This document shows, one piece after another, positions 19,801 through 27,681 of a stretch of DNA of 64,000 nt. The number at the start of each line of letters is the position of its first letter. Within the stretch, counting starts at the first letter, position 1. The position numbers and the translations under genes were made by a program. The stretch is from an uncultured Acidimicrobiales bacterium (GTDB lineage Bacteria > Actinomycetota > Acidimicrobiia > Acidimicrobiales > CADCSY01), in the NCBI GenBank assembly GCA_902805555.1, contig CADCSY010000043.1:1028-65027 (forward strand), read 5' to 3'. The notes beneath the pieces were generated by a model, which did no database searches, was not told where the DNA came from, and worked only from the letters and a program-made list of their open reading frames with translations.

Positions 19801-20214
19801 CGCCTCTTCGTCATCGGCGCCAACCTGACGGTGCCGATCCTCTCGGTGGTGCTGCGCAAGAGCTACGGGCTCGGCGCCATCGCCATGACGGGCGGCAGCT
19901 ACCAGGCCGCGATGTTCGCCGTGGCCTGGCCCACGGGGGAGTTCGGGGGCATGGGGCTCGAGGGCTCGGTGAAGCTCGGCTACCGCAACGAGCTCGCCGC
20001 CATCGCCGACCCGGTGGAGCGGCGGGCCCGCTTCGACGAGATGGTCGCCGCCGCCTACGCCCGCGGCAAGGCCCTGTCGATGGCCACCGGCCCGGCCCTC
20101 GACGACGTCATCGACCCGGCCGACACCCGTCGCTGGGTGCTGGCTGCGCTCGCCTCGCTGCCGCCCGTGCCGGCGCGCACCGGCAAGAAGGTCCCGTGGA
20201 TCGACGCCTGGTGA
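16858..20214 (+). CDS. Single-chain acyl-CoA carboxylase (biotin carboxylase + BCCP + carboxyltransferase fused, 1118 aa)
   Basis: The N-terminal BC domain starts MRKLLIANRGEIAVRIAR and includes an ATP-grasp region. The biotinyl motif is VVMEAMKMEH near residue 545. The C-terminal ~520 aa match a carboxyltransferase (AYDDTVLAGTQG, TEGGGGRP, GRCFAGNA, LQDTPGNMVG). Confidence 0.85.
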   Translation: MRKLLIANRGEIAVRIARTAAELGITTVAVHAEDDSSSSHNRVADEVVALRGTGPSAYLDVEQVVAACRSSDSDAVHPGYGFLSEHAGFARACADAGITFVGPAPDTLELFGDKARARSLARATGVPILPGTEGPTSLEEARSFLAGLGPGGAVMVKAVAGGGGRGMRPVTAPEQLDAAFERCASESAAAFGDPSLYVEQLLGASRHVEVQLVGDGADVSHLWDRECSLQRQRQKVVEVAPAVAVPRAVREQLWEAALAIGRAASYRGLGTIEFLVPLSPAGTPFVFIEANPRLQVEHTVTEAVTGLDLVRVQLELAGGATLAGLGLTQAGAPSPRGVAVQARVNLETMAPDGSARPSSGVLTVYEPPSGPGVRVDGFGSTGYRTSVRYDSLLAKLVVHAPSGDHRAAVAKAGRALRELRVEGPATNVAFLQALLADPAVVEGAVHTTFIEEHVSALLADAERLGGGDGPPGSSGGARAGAVIDALDPLAVLHHGMAEAAAPGGGVAAEADLPEGTVAVRAPIQGTVIDVVVAVGDEVAAGQSLVVMEAMKMEHLLEAPVAGVISAVTAAVGEAVLEGHAIVLIDQAEGGGAAVVEEVALDLDAVRPDLAEVLDRHDRTLDEARPDAVERRRRRGHRTVRENIADLVDDGTFTEYGALTVAARRRRHSLDELIAQTPADGLVMGLAQVNGDCFAAERARVAVLAYDDTVLAGTQGAHNHNKLDRMAELALRWRLPTVFFTEGGGGRPGDTEGGGFIRGFELWGKLSGAVPLVGVVSGRCFAGNAAILGCCDVIIATRDTALGMGGPAMVEGGGLGVFRPEEIGPVDVMQDNGVIDVLVEDEAAAVAVAKQYLSYFQGETDGWSCEDQRLLRHAVPENRLRVYDVRRVIELLADTGSVLELRPRFGRAMVTALVRIEGRPVGVFANDPAHLGGAIDADASDKAARFLQLCEAFDIPVLSLQDTPGNMVGPEAEKTGLIRHCSRLFVIGANLTVPILSVVLRKSYGLGAIAMTGGSYQAAMFAVAWPTGEFGGMGLEGSVKLGYRNELAAIADPVERRARFDEMVAAAYARGKALSMATGPALDDVIDPADTRRWVLAALASLPPVPARTGKKVPWIDAW

Positions 20215-20217
20215 GGC

Positions 20218-21468
20218 CTAGGCCGAGCCCCGCAGCTTCTCGGCCCGGGCCACCCGCTCGAGCGCGATGGCGAACGCCGCCTGGCGCAGGGTGATCCCGC
20301 GCTCCTCCGCGAACAGCTCGGTGTTCGTGAAGGCCTCGACCATCTTCGAGCGGAGCTCGGTGTTGAATCGCTCCTCCGGCCAGCGGTACTGCTGGATGTT
20401 CTGGCTCCACTCGAAGTAGGAGCCGGTGACGCCGCCGCCGTTGGCGAGGACGTCGGGCACCACCCGGATGCCCCGCTCGTTCATGATCCGGTCGCCCTCG
20501 GGCGTCGTCGGGTGGTTGGCCCCCTCGAGCACGGTGCCGGCCTTGACGAGCGGCGCCGTCCGCTCGTCGAGCACGTCACCGAGGGCGGCGGGCACGAGGA
20601 CGTCGCAGTCGATGCCGAGCAGCTCGTCGTTCGTGATCGCCTCGGCCCCGTCCCGCCCGGCCACGTCCACCACCGAGCCGCCCCCGGTCGTCGCCTCGAA
20701 CAGGGCGGGGACGTCGAGGCCGGCGGCCCGGTGCACACCGCCGCGGACGTCCGACACGGCCACCACGGGGACACCGAGCTCGTGGAGGGCCCGGGTCACC
20801 CACGACCCGACGTTGCCGAAGCCCTGCACGGCGACACGGAGGGCGGTGAGGTCGAGCTTCCAGTGCATGGCCGCCGCCTCGAGGACGTAGACCACGCCCC
20901 GGCCGGTCGCCGCCTCCCGACCGGGCGCGCCGCCGAGGTCGAGCGGCTTGCCGGTGACCACCGCAGGCGAGTAGCCGGCGCCGGCCGAGTACGCATCCAT
21001 GATCCACGCCATGGTCTGGGCGTTGGTGTTGACGTCGGGGGCGGGGATGTCCCGGTAGGTCCCGAGGACGTGGCGGATGCCGTTCGTGAACCTGCGGGTC
21101 ATGCGCTCGAGCTCGTGCGGGCTCATGCCCACCGGGTCGACCTCGATGCCGCCCTTGGCCCCGCCGAAGGGGATGTCGAGCAGCGCCGTCTTCCAGGTCA
21201 TGAGCGAGGCGAGCGCCCTCGTCTCGTCGAGGTCGGCCTGGGGGTGGAAGCGGATGCCGCCCTTGTACGGGCCCCGGGCGCCGTTGTGCTGCACCCGGTA
21301 GCCACGCACGACGAGGAGGCTGCCGTCATCCCGTCGGACCTGGAGCGAGACGGCCACCTCCCGGTGCGAGGAGCGCAGCACGGCGAGCGCCTCGTCGTCC
21401 AGGTCGATGATCCGGGCGGCGTCGTCGACGTAGGCGTTGACGGCCTCGAAGGAGCTCTGCGGTGGCAT
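20218..21468 (-). CDS. gdhA: Glutamate dehydrogenase (Glu/Leu/Phe/Val dehydrogenase family)
   Basis: Catalytic-site pattern GPYKGGIRFHP, FGGAKGG, and NAD(P) Rossmann motif VAVQGFGNVG in a 416-aa product. Confidence 0.9.
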   Translation of the reverse strand: MPPQSSFEAVNAYVDDAARIIDLDDEALAVLRSSHREVAVSLQVRRDDGSLLVVRGYRVQHNGARGPYKGGIRFHPQADLDETRALASLMTWKTALLDIPFGGAKGGIEVDPVGMSPHELERMTRRFTNGIRHVLGTYRDIPAPDVNTNAQTMAWIMDAYSAGAGYSPAVVTGKPLDLGGAPGREAATGRGVVYVLEAAAMHWKLDLTALRVAVQGFGNVGSWVTRALHELGVPVVAVSDVRGGVHRAAGLDVPALFEATTGGGSVVDVAGRDGAEAITNDELLGIDCDVLVPAALGDVLDERTAPLVKAGTVLEGANHPTTPEGDRIMNERGIRVVPDVLANGGGVTGSYFEWSQNIQQYRWPEERFNTELRSKMVEAFTNTELFAEERGITLRQAAFAIALERVARAEKLRGSA

Positions 21469-21554
21469 CGTCCCAGCCTCTCAGACGGGGGCGCCTGGAC
21501 GCGCCGGTACGGTCCGGGCGTGGGAGGAGCACTCGTGCAGCGGGCGAAGCCGGC

Positions 21555-22472
21555 GTGAGCGGGGCGGGGCGGGGCCGGGCGGTGCTGGTGGCCAGCGCCA
21601 ACGGCGCGGTCGGCCTCCCCTTCGGCCGGGCGGTGCTCGAGGCCGGCGGTTCGGCCATCGACGCCGTCGAGGCCGCCACCCGGCCCGTGGAGGACGATCC
21701 CTCCGACCAGACGGTCGGCTACGGCGGGTTCCCCAACGTGGTCGGAGACGTCGAGCTCGACGCGCTCGTCATGGAGGGGACCACCCGGCGCAGCGGGGCG
21801 GTCGGGGCCCTGCGGGGCTTCCGCCACCCGGTCAGCGTCGCCCGTGCGGTGATGGAGCGCCTGCCCCACGTGCTCGTGGTCGGTCCCGGGGCGGAGCGCT
21901 TCGCCGCCGAGGTGGGGGCCGAGGAGCGGGAGATGCTGACGCCGGCGATGGCGGACCTGTGGGAGCGCCGCGTGGCTCCCCGGCTGGAGGGGGGCACGCC
22001 CCTCGTCGGCCTCGCAGGGCTGGCTGCGGACCCCGAGCGGGCCGGGGGGACGGTCGACGTCCTCGCCCTCGACCGCGAGGGCCGGTCGGCGGTCGCCGTC
22101 AGCACGAGCGGCTGGGCGTGGAAGTACCCCGGCCGCCTCGGCGACAGCCCGATCGTCGGTGCAGGCGGCTACGCCGACGACCGTGGTGGGGCGGCGGGGT
22201 GCACCGGGATGGGTGAGCTCGCCATCCGGGCGGGGACGGCGCGCATGGTGGTGGCGGCCCTGGCCGAGGGTCGCAGCGCGGAGGAGGCGTGCCGGGCTGC
22301 GATCGTCGACCTGCGGCGCCTGGGGACCGACCGGCCGCCGCTCGTCCACGTCGTCTGCCTCGCAGCCGACGGGTCCCACGCAGGCGCTAGCACCCACCCC
22401 GCCAGGACCTACGTGTACTGGGAGGAGGGCATGGACGACGTGGCCGAGGCGGCGCGGATCGAGGTCCCCTAG
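21555..22472 (+). CDS. Ntn-hydrolase of the asparaginase-2 family (glycosylasparaginase / isoaspartyl peptidase-like)
   Basis: GTG at 21555 lies inside ORF 21462..22472. Patterns are SAIDAVEAA, DQTVGYGG, a candidate nucleophile Thr in GGTVDVLALD, and GDSPIVGAGGYAD. Confidence 0.75.
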   Translation: MSGAGRGRAVLVASANGAVGLPFGRAVLEAGGSAIDAVEAATRPVEDDPSDQTVGYGGFPNVVGDVELDALVMEGTTRRSGAVGALRGFRHPVSVARAVMERLPHVLVVGPGAERFAAEVGAEEREMLTPAMADLWERRVAPRLEGGTPLVGLAGLAADPERAGGTVDVLALDREGRSAVAVSTSGWAWKYPGRLGDSPIVGAGGYADDRGGAAGCTGMGELAIRAGTARMVVAALAEGRSAEEACRAAIVDLRRLGTDRPPLVHVVCLAADGSHAGASTHPARTYVYWEEGMDDVAEAARIEVP

Positions 22473-22501
22473 GGCCGGGACGGGAACGGGCCGCCGGTAG
22501 C

Positions 22502-23386
22502 GTGGCCGTCATGCCCGAGGTGCCCGATCGCTGCGTCATGACCGTCCACGCCCATCCCGACGACGAGGCCTCGAAAGGCGCAGGGACCATCGCCAAGGTC
22601 AAGGCGGCGGGGACGAAGACGGTGCTGGTGTGCTGCACGGGCGGTGAGGCGGGGGACATCCTCAACCCGGCGATGGACGACGAGGAGGTCAGGGCCCGCC
22701 TGCCCGAGGTCCGCATGGAGGAGCTGGCGGCGTCGATGGAGGTCATCGGCTACGACGAGCTCGTCCTGCTCGGCTACCGCGACTCCGGCATGCCCGACTC
22801 GGAGCACAACCTCAACCCCGACTGCTTCGCCAACGCCCCGCTGGACGAGGCGGTGGGTCGGCTCGTCACCGCCATCCGCGAGCACCGTCCCGACGTCCTG
22901 ATCACCTACGGCGACGACCAGCGCGGCTACCCCCACCCGGATCACCTCCGGGTCCACGAGATCAGCGTCGAGGCCTTCGAGGCCACCGGGGACCCGGACC
23001 GGTTCCCCGAGGCGGGCGAGCCGTGGCAGCCGCTGAAGCTGTACTACACCGTCTGGGCCAAGGCCCGGATCATCGCCATGCACGAGAAGTTCCTCGAGCT
23101 CGGCCTCGAGTCGCCGTACTCGAAGGAGTGGCTCGACCGCGAGGGCCAGGACGAGCGGATCACGACCCGCATCGACATCAGCGACCACGCCGACGTCCGG
23201 GGGAAGGCCCTCCTGGCCCACCGCACCCAGATCGACCCCGCCTCGCCGTTCTGGTTCGGGCTCCCGCCCGAGGAGGCTCGCCTCGTCCACCCCTACGACG
23301 AGTACGTCCTGGCCCGGTCGCTCGTCGACACCGATCTCCCCGAGGACGACGTGTTCGCCGGCATCGGCGACCGGGTCGGCCGCTGA
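22502..23386 (+). CDS. mca: Mycothiol conjugate amidase Mca (LmbE/PIG-L deacetylase family)
   Basis: VHAHPDDE metal motif, then TGGEAGDILNPAM, GYPHPDH, AGEPW and a C-terminal ...FAGI. This matches my recollection of mycobacterial Mca more closely than MshB. The start could instead be the Met at 22511. Confidence 0.75.
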   Translation: MAVMPEVPDRCVMTVHAHPDDEASKGAGTIAKVKAAGTKTVLVCCTGGEAGDILNPAMDDEEVRARLPEVRMEELAASMEVIGYDELVLLGYRDSGMPDSEHNLNPDCFANAPLDEAVGRLVTAIREHRPDVLITYGDDQRGYPHPDHLRVHEISVEAFEATGDPDRFPEAGEPWQPLKLYYTVWAKARIIAMHEKFLELGLESPYSKEWLDREGQDERITTRIDISDHADVRGKALLAHRTQIDPASPFWFGLPPEEARLVHPYDEYVLARSLVDTDLPEDDVFAGIGDRVGR

Positions 23387-23445
23387 CCTATCGTCTGTCG
23401 CACTCGGCCCGGGGTGGGCCGACCACAGCCAAGGGGACGAACCGC

Positions 23446-23835
23446 ATGCCGAAGTACCTCACCCAGGAGTGGATGGACCGGGCCAGGGAGCTGGCGGCCG
23501 ACTTCCCCGAGACGCCGGGGGCCAGCGTGCGCATGCAGCAGGTCATCACCGGCGCTCCCGACGGCGAGGTCAAGTACTACACGGTGATCGAGGACGGCAA
23601 GACCCTCGCCCAGGCGCTCGGCGAGGACCCCGAGGGCGCCGAGGTCACGCTGACGAACACCTACGACGACGCCGTCAAGATCCTGAAGGGCGAGCTCGAT
23701 GCCAGCGCGGCGTTCATGCAGGGCCGGGTGAAGGTCGCCGGCAACATGGCGAAGATGATGGGGCTGCTGCCCCTCACCAACAAGCCCGAGTACAAGCAGA
23801 TCCAGGAGAAGCTCAGGGACGAGACCGAGCTGTAG
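23446..23835 (+). CDS. SCP2 sterol-binding domain protein
   Basis: ATG at 23446 lies inside ORF 23023..23835. The 129-aa product has the SCP2 C-terminal pattern (ILKGELDASAAFMQGRVKVAGNMAKMM). Confidence 0.7.
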   Translation: MPKYLTQEWMDRARELAADFPETPGASVRMQQVITGAPDGEVKYYTVIEDGKTLAQALGEDPEGAEVTLTNTYDDAVKILKGELDASAAFMQGRVKVAGNMAKMMGLLPLTNKPEYKQIQEKLRDETEL

Positions 23836-23877
23836 GACCTCCGACCGCCGGGCCCCGGGCTGCTGGGGGCTGGAGCG

Positions 23878-24711
23878 TCAGCCGGCTCGCTGCAGGTCCC
23901 GGAGCTCCCGGTAGCCGATGAGGACCGCCCCGACCCGCTCGATCAGTGACCGGTAGGCGTGGTCGCGGGTGAGCACGGCGTGGTCGTCGACCCGACGGGA
24001 CCAGTCGGGCGACGACGCTCGTAGCTCGTCGCTGTCGATCGCCGGGTGAGCGAGCACCTCGGTGACCCCCGGGCGCAGGTCCGACAGCACCTTGTCGAAC
24101 GCCTCTCGCACCCCGGCACCGGGCAGGTGGATGAACCGGTCGGGGAAGACCACGCCCTCCTCGGTCGCCAGGCGCCGGAAGGGGAAGCCGATGGCCCGCT
24201 CGCTGCTGGCCCCGCTGAGCCGCAGCGGCAGGCCGAACTCGACGGCCAGCTCGAGGTAGACGTCGAAGAACTCCGGGCGCAGCTGGAGCGGCCCCATGTG
24301 GGAGTCGAGGTGGCTGACGTCGAAGCCCCAGAGGATCGCCCGCTCGACCTGGGTCCGGCACTCCCGGCGCACCTCGTCGAGGTCGGCGTGGTCGAACACC
24401 TCCTCGATCGTGCGGGGGAAGCCGCCGTCCCCGTCGACGAGGGAGGGCGCGTGGGTGATCGGGCCCCACCGGTACTCGTCCCACTCGCTGTTGAGGGTGA
24501 GGTGGACGCCGACGTCCTCGCCGCGGTAGCGGGCGGCCGCCTCGCGGGCCCACGGGCAGGGGACCATCAACGTCGCACTGGTGGCGAGGCCCTCCCGAAG
24601 GCACTCGTAGACGGCCACGTTGGCGGCGTGCGTGGAGCCGAGGTCGTCGCAGTTGACCAGCAGCAGGCGGGCGTCCGGGGGGTGCCCGAGGCGCTCGGCG
24701 AGGGTCGTCAC
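23878..24711 (-). CDS. YdjC/ChbG family carbohydrate deacetylase
   Basis: GTG at 24711 overlaps the upstream gene's stop by 4 nt. Patterns are LLLVNCDDLG, VGVHLTL and SHLDSHM (the YdjC metal/His motifs). Confidence 0.75.
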   Translation of the reverse strand: MTTLAERLGHPPDARLLLVNCDDLGSTHAANVAVYECLREGLATSATLMVPCPWAREAAARYRGEDVGVHLTLNSEWDEYRWGPITHAPSLVDGDGGFPRTIEEVFDHADLDEVRRECRTQVERAILWGFDVSHLDSHMGPLQLRPEFFDVYLELAVEFGLPLRLSGASSERAIGFPFRRLATEEGVVFPDRFIHLPGAGVREAFDKVLSDLRPGVTEVLAHPAIDSDELRASSPDWSRRVDDHAVLTRDHAYRSLIERVGAVLIGYRELRDLQRAG

Positions 24712-25256
24712 GGCGTCACGGTAGCCCTGCGCCGCTCGGCGTCGGCCGGGTCGCAGGCCCCCCAGAGGCCGAGTCCCTCGGCCCGGGCGCGGGCAACCGC
24801 AGCGACGAGCTCCTCGGTGTGGGCCACGTTGGGCGGGAAGGTGGCGACCTCGGCGTAGCCCTGCTCGGCGAGCGCCCGGTTCACGAACGTGCCGTCGTCG
24901 ACCTTGTAGACGTAGGCCAGCAGCCGGTCGTAGCGATCCCTGGCCTCCACGTCGCGGACGAGCTGCACCTCGCTGCCCTCGGGCAGCAGCGCCTTCGCGG
25001 CGGCGCTGGCCTCGAGCCCGAAGCAGTCGACCGGGGACCTGGGGTCGACGGACTCCGGTGTGTCGATCCCGATCAGGCGCACCCGCTCGTCGACCCCGCC
25101 GATGGCGACGACGATCGTGTCCCCGTCGACGACCCGGACGACCTCGGCCCGGCCCGGCTCGTCTGCCGCTGCTCCACCACCGCTCCCGCAACCGGTGAGG
25201 GAGCAGGCCACCAGGAACAGGACGAGGACGGTCGGGCGACGCAGCACGGGACACAT
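24708..25256 (-). CDS. Thermonuclease (staphylococcal nuclease-like) lipoprotein
   Basis: Signal plus lipobox (LVACSLTGC). SNase patterns are VVDGDTI, VRLIGIDTPE and DRYDRLLAYV. Confidence 0.8.
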   Translation of the reverse strand: MCPVLRRPTVLVLFLVACSLTGCGSGGGAAADEPGRAEVVRVVDGDTIVVAIGGVDERVRLIGIDTPESVDPRSPVDCFGLEASAAAKALLPEGSEVQLVRDVEARDRYDRLLAYVYKVDDGTFVNRALAEQGYAEVATFPPNVAHTEELVAAVARARAEGLGLWGACDPADAERRRATVTP

Positions 25257-25305
25257 CGTGGCGGGACCCTGTGACGCTCCGGGGGTGCGGAGCAGGGCGG
25301 GGTTG

Positions 25306-26490
25306 CTAGAGCCGCTCGATCAGCGTGCCGGTGCCGAGCCCGCCGCCGCAGCACATGGTGACGAGCCCGTAGCGACCGCCGGTGCGCTCGAGCTCGTGCA
25401 CGGCCTTGGTGACCAGGACGGCGCCGGTGGCGCCGAGTGGGTGGCCGAGCGCGATGGCGCCGCCGTTCGGGTTGACCTTCGCCATGTCGACGCCGGGGAT
25501 CTCCTTGGCCCACGCCAGGACGACCGAGGCGAACGCCTCGTTGACCTCCACGGTGTCGATGTCGGCCATGGTGAGGCCGTTGCGGTCGAGCAGGCGCTGC
25601 GTGGCGTCGATCGGGCCGGTCAGCATCAGCACGGGGTCGACGCCCACGAGGCACTGGTCGACGATGCGGGCTCGGGGCGTGAGCCCGAGGGCGGCAGCCC
25701 GCTCGGCGGTGGCGAGGAGCACGGCGGCGGCGCCGTCGGAGATCTGCGAGGAGGTCCCGGCGGTGTGCACGCCGTCCTCCCGAGCGACCGCCTTGAGCTT
25801 CTGCAGGCCCTCGATGGTGGTGTCGCGCAGGCCCTCGTCCCGGTCGACCCGCCGGGTCTCGCCGCTGGGCTCCCCGTCCTCGTCGAGCACGGGAGCGTCC
25901 ATGGCCACGACCTGGCCCTCGAAGCGACCCTCGGCCCACGCCTGGGCGGCGCGCTGCTGGGACTGGAGGCCGAAGGCGTCGGTGTCGTCCCGGGTGACGG
26001 CCCACTTCTCGGCGATCCGCTCGGCGCCCTCGAACTGGCTCGTGAACTCGTAGTGGCCGAAGTAGGTCTTCGGGATGGCCCGGCCGGGACCGTTCCTCGT
26101 GTTGCTGCCGATCGGCACCCGGGTCATCACCTCGACGCCGCAGGCGACCGCGACGTCGACGGCGCCTGCGCCGACCAGGGAGGCTGCGAGGTTGGTGGCC
26201 TGCTGGCTGGAGCCGCACTGGGTGTCGACCGTGGTGGCGGCGACGGTGAGCGGGAGCCCGGCCGTGAGCCAGGCCGTGCGGGCCACGTTGAACGACTGCT
26301 CGCCCACCTGGCTGACGCAGCCGCCCACCACCTGTCCGACCTCCGAGGGGTCGACGCCGGTGCGCCCGACCACCTCGCTGAGCACGCCGCCGAGGAGGTC
26401 GGCGGGGTGGATGCCGGCGAAGCCGCCGTTGCGGCGGCCGACCGGGCTGCGGAGGGCCTCGATGATGACGACGTCAGCGTTGGCGTTCAC
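25306..26490 (-). CDS. Acetyl-CoA C-acyltransferase (thiolase)
   Basis: Acyl-Cys region VDTQCGSSQQA, then NEAFA, GGAIALGHPLGATG and MCCGGGLG in a 394-aa product. Confidence 0.9.
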   Translation of the reverse strand: MNANADVVIIEALRSPVGRRNGGFAGIHPADLLGGVLSEVVGRTGVDPSEVGQVVGGCVSQVGEQSFNVARTAWLTAGLPLTVAATTVDTQCGSSQQATNLAASLVGAGAVDVAVACGVEVMTRVPIGSNTRNGPGRAIPKTYFGHYEFTSQFEGAERIAEKWAVTRDDTDAFGLQSQQRAAQAWAEGRFEGQVVAMDAPVLDEDGEPSGETRRVDRDEGLRDTTIEGLQKLKAVAREDGVHTAGTSSQISDGAAAVLLATAERAAALGLTPRARIVDQCLVGVDPVLMLTGPIDATQRLLDRNGLTMADIDTVEVNEAFASVVLAWAKEIPGVDMAKVNPNGGAIALGHPLGATGAVLVTKAVHELERTGGRYGLVTMCCGGGLGTGTLIERL

Positions 26491-26556
26491 GGGGCGACTG
26501 TATCCAGCGTGCCGTTCGGGCCGGGAGGGACGTGGCCGGGAGGCTCGCCGCCGCGC

Positions 26557-26739
26557 TCAGGCGGCCCGGGACGGGGCGGCGGTCTCGGCGGGACCGCGGT
26601 GGCCGTCGGCGGGAGCGGCCGCCCGGCGGAGGGCCTCCCTGGCCTGGGCGACACCGCGACGACCTGCGGCCCGGGTGGTGGCGTCGAGCCGCCACGGGCG
26701 GTCCTCGACCTCGACGAGGCGGAGCTGGTCGCTGTTCAT
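26557..26739 (-). CDS. Small hypothetical protein (60 aa)
   Basis: ATG at 26739 is preceded by GAGAATAGG, and third-position GC is high. The product MNSDQLRLVEVEDRPWRLDATTRAAGRRGVAQAREALRRA... resembles small conserved actinobacterial ORFs I have seen (WRLD..TR..GRRG). It is the C-terminal segment of the artefactual ORF 26557..27840. Confidence 0.5.
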   Translation of the reverse strand: MNSDQLRLVEVEDRPWRLDATTRAAGRRGVAQAREALRRAAAPADGHRGPAETAAPSRAA

Positions 26740-26838
26740 GCACCTATTCTCAACGTGGGGTGTGACATCGAGATTCCCGATTCGACCACCGTCGCCGGGT
26801 CCGCCGGGAGCCCGACCCCCCGGCCCTAGGCTCCCGCA

Positions 26839-27672
26839 GTGGACGCCCGCACCTTCCTCGGGCTCGAGGCGGCGGGGGACCTCCACTGGCGGCTCCCGGT
26901 CCGGACCTCCCTCACCACCGGGGGCGGGTTCCTCTTCGGCGGCGTCGGTCTCGCCGCCGGGATCGAGGCGCTCGAGGCGGTCACGGGGCGACCGCTCATC
27001 TGGGCGACGGCGCAGTACCTCTCGTACGCCCTGCCGCCCTCGACGGTGGACCTCCTCGCGACCGTGGCGGTGTCGGGCCGCCAGACCGCACAGGCCCGGG
27101 TCGTCGGCACGGTCGACGAGCAGGAGATCTTCACCGTCAACGCCGCGCTCGGCTCGCGCCCGCTCGACGCCCGCGGGGCCTGGGCGGTCCGCCCCGAGGT
27201 GCCGCCCCCGGACTCGTGCCCGCCACAGCAGGGCCTCCACGGCCACGAGGGCACGATCATGAGCCAGATCGAGCTGCGGACGGCATCGGCCCGTGCCATG
27301 TCCGACCTCGACGGCACCCAGGGCGACGGCCGGGCCGCCCTGTGGGCGCGGATCGCGGACCTCGAGTGCGGGGCGGGCGCACTCGGGATCCTCGGCGACT
27401 GGGTGCCGTTCGGCATCGGCCAGGCGCTCGGTCAGCGGGCGGGCGGCAACAGCCTCGACAACACCCTGCGGGTGATCCGCCTCGTGGACACGGAGTGGGT
27501 GCTGCTCGACATCCGCATCCACGGGATCGCGAGCGGCTTCGGACACGGCTTGGTGCACCTGTGGGCGGAGGACGGCACCCTGCTGGCGACCGCCAGCCAG
27601 TCGGTGATCGTGCGGTTCTGGGACGAGGGCAGGCGCCGCCCGGCCGGGGGGGCCGGCAGGGCGCACCGCTAG
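26839..27672 (+). CDS. Acyl-CoA thioesterase II-like (double hotdog) protein
   Basis: 277 aa with TesB-like patterns (GGFLFGGVGLAAGIEALE, and a second half ...LLDIRIHGIASGFGHGLVHLW). Confidence 0.7.
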   Translation: MDARTFLGLEAAGDLHWRLPVRTSLTTGGGFLFGGVGLAAGIEALEAVTGRPLIWATAQYLSYALPPSTVDLLATVAVSGRQTAQARVVGTVDEQEIFTVNAALGSRPLDARGAWAVRPEVPPPDSCPPQQGLHGHEGTIMSQIELRTASARAMSDLDGTQGDGRAALWARIADLECGAGALGILGDWVPFGIGQALGQRAGGNSLDNTLRVIRLVDTEWVLLDIRIHGIASGFGHGLVHLWAEDGTLLATASQSVIVRFWDEGRRRPAGGAGRAHR

Positions 27673-27681
27673 CGTCCGGCG

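Noticed and set aside
26474-26743. 89-aa Arg/Pro-rich minus-strand ORF in the thiolase/thioesterase gap
   Set aside because: The overlapping alternative frame (26557..26739) has a plausible RBS and codon bias and gives a sensible protein, whereas this frame is low complexity.
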